A DNA stretch of 64,000 nucleotides from Stegostoma tigrinum (Eukaryota): contig NC_081365.1 in the NCBI RefSeq assembly GCF_030684315.1, forward strand, positions 40,880,985-40,944,984. Direction: 5' to 3'. This document shows positions 26,600-39,013 of the stretch, in pieces (position 1 is the stretch's first letter; the number at the start of each line of letters is the position of its first letter). The translations under genes and the position numbers were made by a program. Under the pieces are notes generated by a model. That model saw only the letters and a program-made list of their open reading frames with translations. It was not told the origin of the DNA and did not search any database.

Positions 26600-28516
26600 G
26601 TAAACTTGGACTATTTAAGTTATGAAAACCAGGCTCTTTTGGAACAAGTTGATTTTTTTTCATGTTTATACGGATGTGTACCATGTTCATTGAAAATAGT
26701 ATTTGACAAAATAGGATATTTTGTTTTCTGTGCAGTGACGCAGGAGATTTTGCACTCATTAGCCATAAAACATAAAAGTTTAGCATACAAACAAGAACCA
26801 TGCTGAACCTGTATTGGCTCTTTGTGCATGATAAATCCCAAAATATCTTATTACTTTGTTTTCAGGGTCTTGTGTCTTTCTATATCTTGCTATAAATATT
26901 GATTCAATTTTAAGTTGAAGGGAAATGTCTGCCTCATCTTTGAGACGAAGTATGTCATGCTCCAAGAACCATCTGAGAAAATAGGAGAAATGTATGATGG
27001 AAACCAGAATGAACATGAAGACATCTGGCAGATAATCTATTCAATGCACTTTGAATTTTAGTGGATTGGACTTTTAAAAATGACAAAGACAAGTTCGAGC
27101 TTTGTACTTTTATTTTGTAGAAAGCAAAGGTTATCAAATACAATGAAGCACATCAAGAATATGCCAAGATTTATTAAAGTAAGGTGTACTACACTATTAC
27201 AGTAACATTCAATATTAAAGAATGTTTACTCTAGAAGATTTACAAATCACATTTATCATCAATGGACTCTTATGCTCAAAAATCACAAAATAGAAAAACA
27301 TGACGAAGCTCATCGAATCAATTGCAGGTCATCCATCTAAACTGAACCTATATTTTTCTCAAATTATTTTAGATTCTTACCTTCGTATCTGAGAGGCCAC
27401 TCTGTATTTGAATTATCCATTTCAGTGCCTCATTCTTTCCAGACACCCAGATTACAACAGGAAATGCCTTGTTTGATGTCTCTCTCAAGTGCAGACTCAA
27501 CTTCTTACAGTATTGCTTAATATTTTACCTCTATTTTCACATGACTGCCATTGTCATTACTCCTTTAAATTTTCATCGCTTTTTCTTCTAACACTACATA
27601 GTTCTGCTCTTTACACCAATATCAGCTTGTTTGTTATGAGACCATTTTTGTGGTTTCAAATGAGCATTAACTTAACATGACATTACACTTTCCAAGTAAT
27701 GTTGGTGTTGTGTGCACTGAATCCAAGGTTTCTGAAATTACTTCACACTGAGAACTCCAAACTCAGTATTGCATTAAACAATTGCTAGGCAGCTTTTCAG
27801 CTTTATCTTGTGTTTTACTGCTAACATTCTTGGTAACTGCTGCAATTGAAATTTAACCACTCATAGAAAAGAACTGTATGAACCCTTGTCTCTTGTCAGG
27901 GTGAAATGCAAATCCCTCTGATTCAAATCCATAGTTTAATGCAATGCTATTTAGTTCAAATTTATCCTTTCCCAGACTTCTAAAACTATGGAACCAAGCT
28001 ACCATACCTCCCTCAGACTTAATTTTGTTCCCATAATATAAGTTTTATAACTGACAGTTTGGTTTCAACACCATCTCTTAATGTATTCTTCCTGTTGATT
28101 TTGAATTGGCTTTCATTATGTGGCTTGGCCTTCCATGTGATTTTTTTTTAGTTTTAAATAAGTCACTGAGCTAATTTGTTCAATGTATCTCAATACATTC
28201 TGTAAATATTATAAGACCACAAGACATAGGAGTGGAAGTAAGGCCATTTGACCCATCGAGTCTACTCCGGCTTTTAATCATGGCTGATGGGCATTTCAAC
28301 TCCACTTCCCTGCACTCTTGCTGTATTATAGTTTAATGAAAGCGCATTGTAACTTGGTTGTAAATATTTAAATATCTCTAAGAAATCATCCACTGTATCT
28401 GTGAAAGGAGAAATGAGAGATGTATTTACACAAGAGTGGAATTGGTCAGGTGATTTTGTCAGTGCAGATGATGAATTAACCTCTTATGCGTTGGTTAAAT
28501 ATGATCTGTTGTGTAG

Positions 28517-28663
28517 ATAGGGGCAAAAAAAATTGAAGAAGAAATGCGGAAGAAAGAGGAGAACAAGATGGCTTTCGGGATCTGGCTTCAAAGGAAGAAG
28601 CAACAGCGCCAAGAAGAAAGAAGAATTCAATGTGCGAAGGAACTAGAAAGAAAGAATAATAAG
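28517..28663 (+). CDS. CCDC181: CCDC181 coding exon 3
   Basis: IGAKKIEEEMRKKEENKMAFGIWLQRKKQQRQEERRIQCAKELERKNNK; AG/GT boundaries, 147 nt. Confidence 0.88.
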
Positions 28664-29039
28664 GTACTGTAGTTAGACATGTTGAATTTATTCTGAAACT
28701 TGAACTCCTAGCTCTGCATAATGTATCAATTTGCAAGTAATTTTATGTGACACTGATTATGTTTATTACCATAAGCAACTTTGCATGTGAAGGGGATGGT
28801 ATCCATTTTATTTTGTGTACTTTTGTCAGTAGTATTATTTCATCATTTTATTTTCTTTTTAAAACTTTCATATCTACTTTTTGTTCTTAAATATTTTTAA
28901 GTTAAGTTTTCTATTTTGTTGTACTCTATTAAAAAGTTCTGCAGTATATTAAAACAAAACCACACTGATAGCTCATGCATTTTAATACACAGTATTTATA
29001 TATAGGGTATGGCATTTTCAGTGAAGTATACCTTACCTT

Positions 29040-29660
29040 GAGGTGTGCAGCGTCACTGATGCCAGTCTTTAAACAATTCGATTCGACTCATTTCACTTGA
29101 TATCAAGAAACTGGATATTACAAGGCTGCGGGCCCTGACAACATTCCGAAAACAGTACTGAAGGGTTGTGCTCCAGAACTTGCTACCCCCTAGCCAATTG
29201 CAAAGCTAAAAACTGGCACCTACTTGACCGTGATAATAAAATGTGAGGCTGGATGAACACAGCAGGCCCAGCAGCATCTCAGGAGCACAAAAGTTGACGT
29301 TTCGGGCCTAGACCCTTCATCAGAGTGCTCCACAGATGCTGCTGGGCCTGCTGTGTTCGTCCAGCCTCACATTTTATTATCTTGGATTCTCTAGCATCTG
29401 CAGTTCCCATTATCACCTGCTTGACTGTGACAATTTGCGTAGGTGATTCCTGGCCACAAAGATAAAGACAAATCCAACATGATCAGTTACCACCCCAACA
29501 GGTCTACTCCCAAACATCAGCAAAGCAATGGAAGTGTTGTGGACAATACTATTAAGTGGCACTTGCAATGGACTAACCTGCTCACTGCTGCTCAGTTTGA
29601 ATTCCACCAGTTCTTAACTTCAATGACCATGTTCAAACATGACAAAAATTCAACAGATGA
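29040..29660 (+). mobile_element. L2/CR1-like LINE RT fragment, interrupted by a PLE foldback
   Basis: aaggctgcgggccctgacaacattccg (KAAGPDNIP), tgtgctccagaacttgctaccccc (CAPELATP), gctcagtttgaattc. Confidence 0.65.
29234..29413. mobile_element. PLE-derived asymmetric foldback insertion
   Basis: Inverted pLTR arms with the tail on the right arm. Imperfect 17-bp TSD CACCTACTTGACCGTGA / CACCTGCTTGACTGTGA (29217-29233, 29414-29430). Confidence 0.85.
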
Positions 29661-29880
29661 GGTGACTTCACAGCAGGATTTGCTATGCACTGTTAATATC
29701 TGTAACAAAGGTATGACATGTAATGTTCAGTTTTTGAGCTAAAGTGTGAGAATGGGATGTCATAACAAGTCATGCACCACCATTCCCCTTGCTGTATCAA
29801 GTCCCTACCAGGCAGTTAAGTGATAACCCAGCAGGCTTTTCATTGATCACTTTCTGGCTCAGCAATGTCACTCCCTAGAT

Positions 29881-30080
29881 AACAAAGTCTGAAGCTAGAT
29901 GAACACAGCAGGCCAAGCAGCATCTTAGGAGCACAAAAGCTGACATTTTGGGCCTAGACCCTTCTTCAGAGAGCCTGAAATGTCAGCTTTTGTGCTCTTA
30001 AGATGCTGCTTGGCCTGCTGTGTTCATCCAGCTTCACACTTTGTTATCTCGGATTCTCCAGCAGTTCCCATTATCTCTGA
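29881..30080. mobile_element. PLE-derived asymmetric foldback insertion
   Basis: Inverted arms; 13-bp TSD TCACTCCCTAGAT (29868-29880, 30081-30093). Confidence 0.9.
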
Positions 30081-31584
30081 TCACTCCCTAGATGAAGCTG
30101 TTTGTCAGTCAGAGGTCAGCAGCTGCTAAGGCCATGGCTGCTGGCTGAAAAAACAGTTAAGTGTAAAGATCAGGAGTAATCGGAAGGAGAGTGTGAGTAT
30201 TTGGGGGGTGGGGGTTGTGTTGCAGAATGGGTATTATAGGAAAAAGCATATCAGGAAGTTCAGAGGGAAAGACAGGGAGGTAGCTTTCAACGATCATCCC
30301 AGCCGTCTTCAGCCCCCATCACCCCAGATTGGACAGATCAGGCCCATCCCCAACCCAGCAGGCAAGCCCATCCATTTGACTAGTCAAGAAGAATGACACT
30401 TCTCACCTGCTGGGACCACACTTGATCAGGTGAGTGACAGGTCATTTAAAGATCTTAATTAAAGATGGGTTGAGGAAGGTTGATCATGGGCCTTCCTGCC
30501 CAGAACAATTTTTGAAGTGGCAGGAAGCAGGTGGCTGTCTCCCTGGTGCCAACATTACCAAGCATTCGCCAGAGGGGAAAATCCTGGCCACTGTGCCGAA
30601 ATTAGATCAAGTGAAATTGGGATAATATTCAGAACATTCTGGAGTATTAATTACAAGTTGATTTAAAAAGAAAAGTTTTTTATAAAGGTTAATTTTATAG
30701 GAACTGCCTTAATTTTGTAGCTATTCAAGTTTTTAGTATAGCCGATTTAAACAAATGCACTTTAAACCTTATTATATTTGTACTGCTGCAAACAACATCA
30801 TCTCATCGAAATGTTTCATGAAGTACCACACAAAAACTGCATTTGCTTATTTTTCCTGCAGTTGTTCAGACAGCAGTTGCAAATGACAATCCACATTGGC
30901 TAATGTTGAGCTGGATCATCATTACCTGTGCCCCAGTTTAAATATTAACCAATTTTGAATATCATGGATACTTCCAAGTGATAGCTTATAACATTGACTA
31001 GCCTGGCTACTACACCAAATGATTAATTGTTTCAAAAATATCTTTAGTTCAAGAAGAAATTTTTATAAAAGGAGGAAATTAGTAATTTCTGTGATTCAGA
31101 ATCCCCTTTACTGCCGGTAATACCAAAACAAGTGCTGTTGAGCTGTACTCTACATAAATGTAACACCTGCCACAGCTTACAATGTATTGTGATACACTAA
31201 TAACCTGTAATAAAGCATGGTGGACTAAAACTTCTATTCCATAATTTCCTGCTTGATAATCTTTCAAATTTGTCCCTCACTAATAGGAAAATATCAGATG
31301 GAAGAGAGCACTGTCATGGAAAGGCAAATCAATTTCCTGTCAGTCATGGTTAATTTCAGCTCTTTCCTTTAGCTATTTGCTCAGCCAACAAAACAAGATT
31401 CAGAAAAAGAACCCAATGAGGAAGTATAGCTAAAAATGGAAAGAGACAATTTAGAACAACATATTATATAATTATTGTACTTAAACAATTACACTTACAC
31501 TCTCACAGAAGAAAATTGTGTGTTTTCTATATCTGCTAGGATAATCATATCAGTTTGTAAAACTGCTTATTTTTGTTTTCATAG

Positions 31585-31739
31585 GAACATCGAGACCCAA
31601 ATGAAGCCTTCAATCTCTGGCTAAAGAAAAAACGGGAGCAGCAAATTAAAGAGCAGCAAATAGAAGCCATGAGAAAAAGGGAACAAGATTACAACTCAAA
31701 AGTTCACACAAGGGAAGATTCTGAAAAAGCCTTTAAGCA
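31585..31739 (+). CDS. CCDC181: CCDC181 coding exon 4
   Basis: EHRDPNEAFNLWLKKKREQQIKEQQIEAMRKREQDYNSKVHTREDSEKAFK; catAG/GTaag, ends phase 2. Confidence 0.9.
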
Positions 31740-31924
31740 GTAAGAAAAGTTTTTAATACTAAATTGTGTATCGCCTTTTATTCCATTTTGCAAGAAAGGA
31801 TTGGTGACTTAAACTGTGAACAAGTAAAAAGATTGGATGCCAAATTCTAGCAACAACTGTGGGATTGCTTGAGTTTATATTGACTGTATCAATTGATGGT
31901 CTTTGCAAATGTCTAAAGAACATG

Positions 31925-32550
31925 TTTTGCGAATAGAGTGATAGAGATGTACAGCACAGAAACAGATCCTTCAACCTAACTTGTCCATGCTGACCTGATA
32001 CACTAAATTAATCTAGTCCCATTTTCCAGCACTTGGCCCAATTCCTCCAAACCCTTCCCATTCATATACCCATCCAGATGCCTATTAAATGTTGTAGTAG
32101 TACCAGCACCCACCACTTCTCCTGGCAGTTCATTCCACACATGCATCACCCTCTCTGTGGAAAGAGTTGCCCCTTAGGTCCCTTTTAAATCTTTCCCATC
32201 TTACCCCAAACCTATGCCTTATATCTTGGGACTTCCCTACCCAGGGGAAAAGACCTTGACCATTCACCATATCCATGCTGCTCATGCCCTACGATGCTCC
32301 AGGGAAAATAACCCCAGTCCATTCAGCACCTTCCTTTAGGTCAAACCCTCCAACCCTGGCCACATCCTTGTCAATCTTTTCTAAACCCTTTCAGGTTTCA
32401 CCAACATCTTTCCTATAGCAGGGAGACCAGAATTGAACATAGTATTCCAAAATTCGTAACATGACCTCCCAACTCCTCTACCAAATGCACTGATTAATCA
32501 AGGCATGCTTACCAAACCTCATCTTCACTTCACAACTCAACTTTCAAGGA
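31925..32550 (-). mobile_element. CR1 LINE 3' fragment
   Basis: CR1 3' UTR reverse complement (atagag...gtacagcacagaaacagatccttc) and accagaattgaacatagtattcca (LEYYVQFW). Confidence 0.75.
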
Positions 32551-32707
32551 ACTTATACTTTATGATTTAATTAATTATAAAGATAAGAGGTGCTGAGAAT
32601 AGGTGTAAACTATTTGGTTTACAGTTATAATTGTTGAACTTTACTTTGCTTAATTCAGCAAGAGATTGATTCAGTCACTTTTCTTTCTTACTTCTAAATC
32701 ATTGCAG

Positions 32708-32876
32708 GTGGCTAAAACGAAAGAAAGCTGAGAAACGGGCAGAGCAATTGGCTGCAAAGGAGCGATGCAGGAAATTTCTGATGGAAGCTAGAAGAGTTAA
32801 AAGAATGCAAACTTTACTGTGCACCCTTAGTGAATCCAAATCATTTCAGTTTGACAATTATGGTTACAGGTTCTAG
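32708..32876 (+). CDS. CCDC181: CCDC181 last coding exon
   Basis: (Q)WLKRKKAEKRAEQLAAKERCRKFLMEARRVKRMQTLLCTLSESKSFQFDNYGYRF*; phase-compatible. Spliced CDS is 1521 nt (506 aa). AATAAA at 33102 and 33258. Confidence 0.9.
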
Positions 32877-34559
32877 AAAATCATGGTCATGAATTTTCTC
32901 GTTACATTTTGAATGCCTCATTGCAGAGTTCAAATGAGCAAAAATCTGCCAATGGTTTGCAAACCAGACTGTCAGTAGTATGAATACATCTGAAAAAAAT
33001 TTCAACAACACTATCTTTAATGTGTAATTTTTAACAAGCTCATACATCAGTGCTAACGTTTCAAAACCTTCTGAACATTCCACGACACATGATTAGATCG
33101 GAATAAATTATCTGCACAGTCTGTAAGTTGTTAATGTTTTTTCTATGCCCGTTAAAAGATTCTTTTAAGCATTTATGTTCTTTTTATTTTAATAGGATAG
33201 AGTAAACCAGTGTTAAGTAATATTGACACTTCCCACAAGTCATTGACAGTTATTAAAAATAAACAAATGATTGGTCTTGTTGCAATGAATGGTGTAGTTC
33301 TGTATGTGCAAGCAGTGAGTTAATTTTTACCTACTCATGTGAGCTAAACCTTTTAAACTTGGGGATATATTTTTTGACTATCAATCAATTATATCTACAG
33401 CTCATTTTACAAATACATTTATAAGTTCCTCTCCCCTTTGAATTTTTGCATTTGTTTTAGGTAAAAAAAGGGTGATACTCAACTCTGTTTTCTGGTAATG
33501 CCAGTGTAAGGAACTGTTAGTTGACAGTATTTAGAAGTACCCTATTGATTTGCTGCTTTCCATTTAGAAATTTCCTAACTTGCATTCAGTTCTTCCCACA
33601 ATAGCCTTGCTGAAATCAGGAGTTTGTCTTGCAGAATCCACTTCATAGGCACACATACCAATGTGTTTCCCCTTCCTCAGTTGTGTGTAGTTTCTTTGGG
33701 GTTTCTGCTCTTCTGATATAATTTTGAGTGAAACTTTATTTCTATCAAGATTACACTAGTAAGGTGTAGAAGCCTTGAGGAAGTTCCTAGAATAATGATT
33801 TTTTTCTCTCAGTACCTGTCTTCAGAGCTATTTACCAATAAGTCTGCCTCTTGAATGTTGTAGAATTCTTTCAATTTCTTTGAACAGTGGGTTATAATTG
33901 ACTCAGTTGTACCATATTTCATTTAGATTCTAAATAGACAAAATTTTAACAGTAGAAGACTAACCATTATGAGAATAATGCCCGGTGTAATTTACAGCTT
34001 TGCGGTAGTACTGAAAGCTGTTCAAAAACAACATTTATAACAAGCGTGGAATTTGACTGTTCACTTAAAGTTTCTGTCAAAGAGGAATTAATGATGTTTG
34101 GCCAGGGTTAATGATATGTCAGTGTTATCGCACTGCTACTGTATCGACATAAAATTCTGCATAAATGTTGTGGGTAAATGTCATGACTTTAGAAGGAAAA
34201 TATGTATCTTGTGGTCATAAAAATGTTTTCCAAAGATTCAACCAATGTTTGATATTCATAAATAGTGCACAAAGCTTTGTTATAAAAGAGTTGTGATTGT
34301 GTCATATAATGTCATCCATCCAATGTGATATTTAATTTTCTGTGATATTAAAAAATTCTTAATTTACCTATGGGCTTACTCTTTGTTTCCTGCAGTGGCT
34401 CTTTCTAACAAACAAACCTGAAATCATTTTGAGAAATTTTTTGAAATTTTTCGGTTTTTAAGTAGTAACAGAGAAATAGGCTGGTTGGCAGGTCTTGCTT
34501 GTCCCTGCCTTTCATCGGTCGAACTGAGAAGTGTAATGGAGAACCAATACCCATAGTCA

Positions 34560-37500
34560 GGTTTGCTTGAGCTATATGGGATGGTTTAAACTAGATTGGC
34601 AGGGGGTGGGAAACCAGATTTGTAATTCAGAGGGTGAGGTATTCAGCCTTCCAACAGACACAACAGGGAGAGAGGTTATTTATAAAGAAATGTGGTCAAT
34701 GGAATGTAATTGTGGACACAGATGGTTTGAGATGTGTACAATGCTAGAAGTGTCAGAAATAAGGCGGATGAACTTAGAGCATGGGTTGGTACTTGAAATT
34801 ATGATATTGTGGCCATTACAGAAACTTGGGTAACCAGGGACAGAAATGGTTGTTGGAAGTTCTGGGATTTGGATGCTTTAAAAGAAATAGGGAGGGTGGA
34901 AAAAGAGGCAGGTGAGTGGCACTGCTAATCAGGTCTAGTTTAGCAGCTACTGGAAGGCAGTTTGAGAATGATATGTCCACAGAGTCAGTTTGGGTTGAGG
35001 TCAGGAACAGGAAAGAAGTAGTCATTTTGGGGTTTTTTTACAGACCTCCTCCTAATAGTTACATGGATAGAACATTACAGCACAGTACAGGCCCTTTGGC
35101 CCTCGATGTTGTGCTGCCCTGTCATACTGATCTGAAGCCCATCTAACCTACACTATTCCATGCACGTCCATATGCTTGCCCAATGATGACTTAGATGTAC
35201 TTAAAGTTGGCGAATCTACTACCGTTGCAGGCAAAGCATTCCATTCCCTTACTACTCTGTGAGTAAAGACAGTTGCAGAGAAGTAGAGGAGTGTATTGGG
35301 AGGCAGATACTGGAAAAGTGCCGAAGTCACAGGGTTGTAGTCACAGGGTTGTAGTCATGGGTGACTTCAACTTTCCAAATATTGATTAGAAACATTTTAG
35401 TTGTAATAGTTTAGATGGAGCGGATCTTGTCCAGTGTGTTCAGGAATGATTCCTGACACAGTGTGTAGACAGACCGACATGAGGAGAAGCCACTTTGGAT
35501 TTGGTGTATGGCAATGAACCAGGCCAAGTGTTAGATCTGTTGGTCGGAGAACATTTTGGCATTAGCGATCATAACTCTGTTACTTTTACAATAGTCATGG
35601 AAAAGGATAGGTACATACAGCAGGGTAAGGTTTATAATTGGGGGAAAGGTAATTATAATTCTTTTAGGCAAGAACTGGGTAACGTAAAATGGGAACAGAT
35701 GCTGTCAGGAAGAGCACTATTAAATTGTGGAGATTGTTTAAGGAATGCATACTGCATGTGCTCGATATTTGTCCCTAGCAGGCAGGGAAAATGCTGTCGA
35801 GTGAGGGATCCTTGGTTCTCAAGAGATGTCAAACTGCTGGTTAAGAGGAAGAAGGATGCTTATATAAGTTTTAGGAAACAAGGAATGGAAAAGGTTATAG
35901 AGGGATTCAAGTTATCCAGGAAGGAGCTCAAGAAAGGGCTTAGGACAGCTGTAAGGGAGCACAAGAAAACCTTGGCAGATTGGATCAAGGAAAACTCCAA
36001 GGATTTTTACACATACGTGGGGAATAAGAGAATGACCAGAGAAAGGGTAGGGCCAATCAAGGATTGTAAAGGGAATTTGTGCAAGGAGCCTAAAAAGATA
36101 GGAAAGGTCCTGAATGAATATTTTTCTTTGGCATTCACAACTGAGTGGGACCTAGCTGTATTGGAGGACAGTGTGAAACAGGCTGGTAGGCTAGAGGAGG
36201 TTGATGTTAGTAAGGAAGATGCACTAGGAATTTTGAGGAACTTGAAGATAGATAAGTACCCCTGGCCTGATGGGATTTATCCGAGGACTCTAAGGGAAGA
36301 GATCAGAGGGCCTTTGGCAATGATCTTTTCGTCCTCACTGCCTATGGGTTTAGTGCCGGAAGATTGGAGAGAGGCAAACGTCATTCCCTTGTTCAAAAAA
36401 GGGATTAGGGATAACCCTGGAAATTACAGGCCAGTTAGTCTTATGTCAGTGGTGGGCAAATTATTGGAAAGGGCTCTGAGAGATAGGATTTAGATCACTT
36501 GGAAAAACACAGTTTGATTTTTGATAGCATGGATTTGTGAGGGGTAGATTATGCCTCACAAATCTTACTGAATTCTTTGAAGAGGTGACCAAACATATGC
36601 ATGAAGGTAGAGCAGTGGCTGTGGTATACATGGATTTAAGTAAGGCATTTGATAAGATTCCCCATGGTAGGCTCATGCAGAAGGTAAGGAGGCATGGGAT
36701 AGGGGGAAATATGGCAGATTGGATTCAGAATTGGCTGACCCTTAGAAGACAAAGGGTGGTAGTGGACGGAAAATATTCAACATGGTGCTCAGTTACGAAT
36801 GGTGTACCACAAGGATCTGTTCTAGGACCTCTTCTATTAGTGATTTTTGTAAATGATTTGGATGAAGGAGTAGAAGGTTGGATTAGTAAATTTGTGAACA
36901 ATATGAAGGTGGGTCAAGTTGTGGATAGTGCTGAGGGCTGTTCTGGATTACAAAGGGACATTGATAGGGTGCAGAGCTGGGCTGAGAAGTGTCAGATGGA
37001 ATTTAACCCTGAAAAGCATGAGGTGATTCATTTTGGAGGGACAAACTTGAAAACAGAATACAGGGTTAATGGGAAGATGCTTGGCAGTGTGGAGGAGCAG
37101 AGGGATCTTGGGGTTCATGTCCACAGTTCCCTGAAAGCTGCCACCCAGGTGGATAGAATTCTTAAGAAGTGTGTCAGCTTTCATTAATAGAGGAATTGAG
37201 TTCATGAGCTGTGAAGTTAAGCTGCAGCTGTACAAAATCCTGGTTTGGCCACATCTGGTGTTTTGTGTCCAGTTCTGGTCGCCTCATTCAGAAAGATGTG
37301 GAAGCTTTGGAAAAGGTGCAGAGAAGATTTACCAGGGTGTTGCCTGGAATGGAGGGAAGGTCTTACAAGGAAAGCTTGAGAGATCTAGGGCTTTTCTCTT
37401 TAGAATGACGAAGTACGAGAGGTGACTTGATAGAGGTGTACAAAATGATCAGAGGTATAGATGGAGTGGATCGCTAGAGACTTTTTCCTAGGGTGGAGGT

Positions 37501-37775
37501 AGCTATTACAAGGGGACATAGTTTTAAAATGAGTGGAGGTAGATACAGGGGACAGTTCAGAGGTAGGTTCTTTACTCGGAGAGTGGTCAGGGTGTGGGAT
37601 GCATTGCCGGAGAGGGTAGTCGAGTCAGCCTCGGGCATTTAAGCGGCTATTAGATCAGCATTTCGATGATAGTATAAAGTAGGGGTGGAGGTTAGATTTT
37701 AGGATTACGGTAAAAGTTCAGCATAACATCGTGGGCTGAACGGCCTGTACTGTGCTACACTGTTCTATGTTCTAT
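34560..37775 (+). mobile_element. CR1 LINE, near-complete ORF2 (APE endonuclease + RT), several stops and frameshifts
   Basis: [63 protein letters not shown]; 3' tail ttctatgttctat. Confidence 0.92.
35067..35268 (-). mobile_element. Short young CR1 3' end nested in the older CR1
   Basis: Near-identical to 47203-47405 (atagaacattacagcacagtacaggccc...tactactctgtgagtaaaga). Confidence 0.85.
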
Positions 37776-38789
37776 AGTCTGGTTGGGGTCAAAGGATTGC
37801 CTTACTAAGTCACAAAACTCAAACCATTACAGTCCTGATCATGATTGACCAATCTGAGGGAAACATGATATTTTATCAGAAGGAAGTTTGCCAGCCGTTT
37901 GCTCACCATATCAATTCTTATACAGCATAGTAGTTTACCTGCACATTTTACTTGTTGTTTTACTTGAAATTGGGGTGAGAAGGAGGGCACCTTGAACAAG
38001 GAATGTCATTCATTATTGAGCTGTACACTGTTTAAGCATAGAAATGCAAATTCTTCCATTACCCCTCCCCTTTGTCTGGATGCTGTATAAGATAATGGCC
38101 CTGAAGCATTAATGTTGGAGCCTGCATTATCAGACTGGGTAAAACTTAATGTCATATGGACTTGGGAGGAGAAAGACAGAATATTGTAGCTTCTAGTGGT
38201 GTGGGTGAAGATCTATTTCCCTATGTCTCCCAATGGAGCTGGGAGACAATGTTTAACTTACTAATCTAACTTGTACTTAGTTGCTACCATGCAATAAATT
38301 ACATCTTGTTTAAGACAACAGCCTTGTCTCTTTAAGACTCACTAGTGGTTTTCCTCTAGCACTGTGAATGAATTAGGTTCTCAGTCTAGGTGAGGATGTT
38401 GGCAGTAAATTAGCCCAACTACACACTGATGTTGGCACAATGCCACATGATAAAAGCAGAGGGCAATATTACTTAATACCACAAGGCAACAATGAGAATT
38501 CCAGTGGAACCAAGAACTAAGAACTTCAGTGGACCCAGGAGTAGTTCTGGATATTCACAGCCTTCATGGTTTTAACAATTACTCGTAGACATTCGGCAGC
38601 TGCAGCAGCGAACAGTGAAACAACCATCAGGCAAGCTCATGGAAAAAGCAACAGTCAGGAGGAACACATAATAGTGAAGCCTTCTATTTTAAGACCTGGG
38701 GAAACCAATGCAGAAGACAGCATGAGCCAGCAGTTTGTCACACCTGGCAGCTACAGATTTCATTGGAAAGCAAGAATCTGTAAGAACAG

Positions 38790-39013
38790 AGATAATGGGA
38801 ACTGCTGATGCTGGAGAATCCGAGGTAACAAAGAGTGAAGCTGGATGAACACAGCAGGCCAAGCAACATCTTAGGAGCACAAAAGCTGACGTTTCGAGCC
38901 TAGACCCTTCATCAGAAGGGTCTTTTCTGATGAAGGGTCTAGGCCCAAAACGTCAGCTTTTGTGCTCCTAAGATGCTGCTTGGCCTGCTGTGCTCATCAG
39001 CTCCACACTTTGT
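38790..39013. mobile_element. PLE-derived asymmetric foldback insertion with hammerhead motifs on both strands
   Basis: Inverted arms meeting at tcatcagaagggtcttttctgatga; 15-bp TSD AATCTGTAAGAACAG (38775-38789, 39014-39028). Confidence 0.9.

Noticed and set aside
25625-26806. 393-aa ORF as a single-exon gene
   Set aside because: Its ends are intron read-through; splice sites at 25664 and 26599 join it in frame to the other CCDC181 exons.
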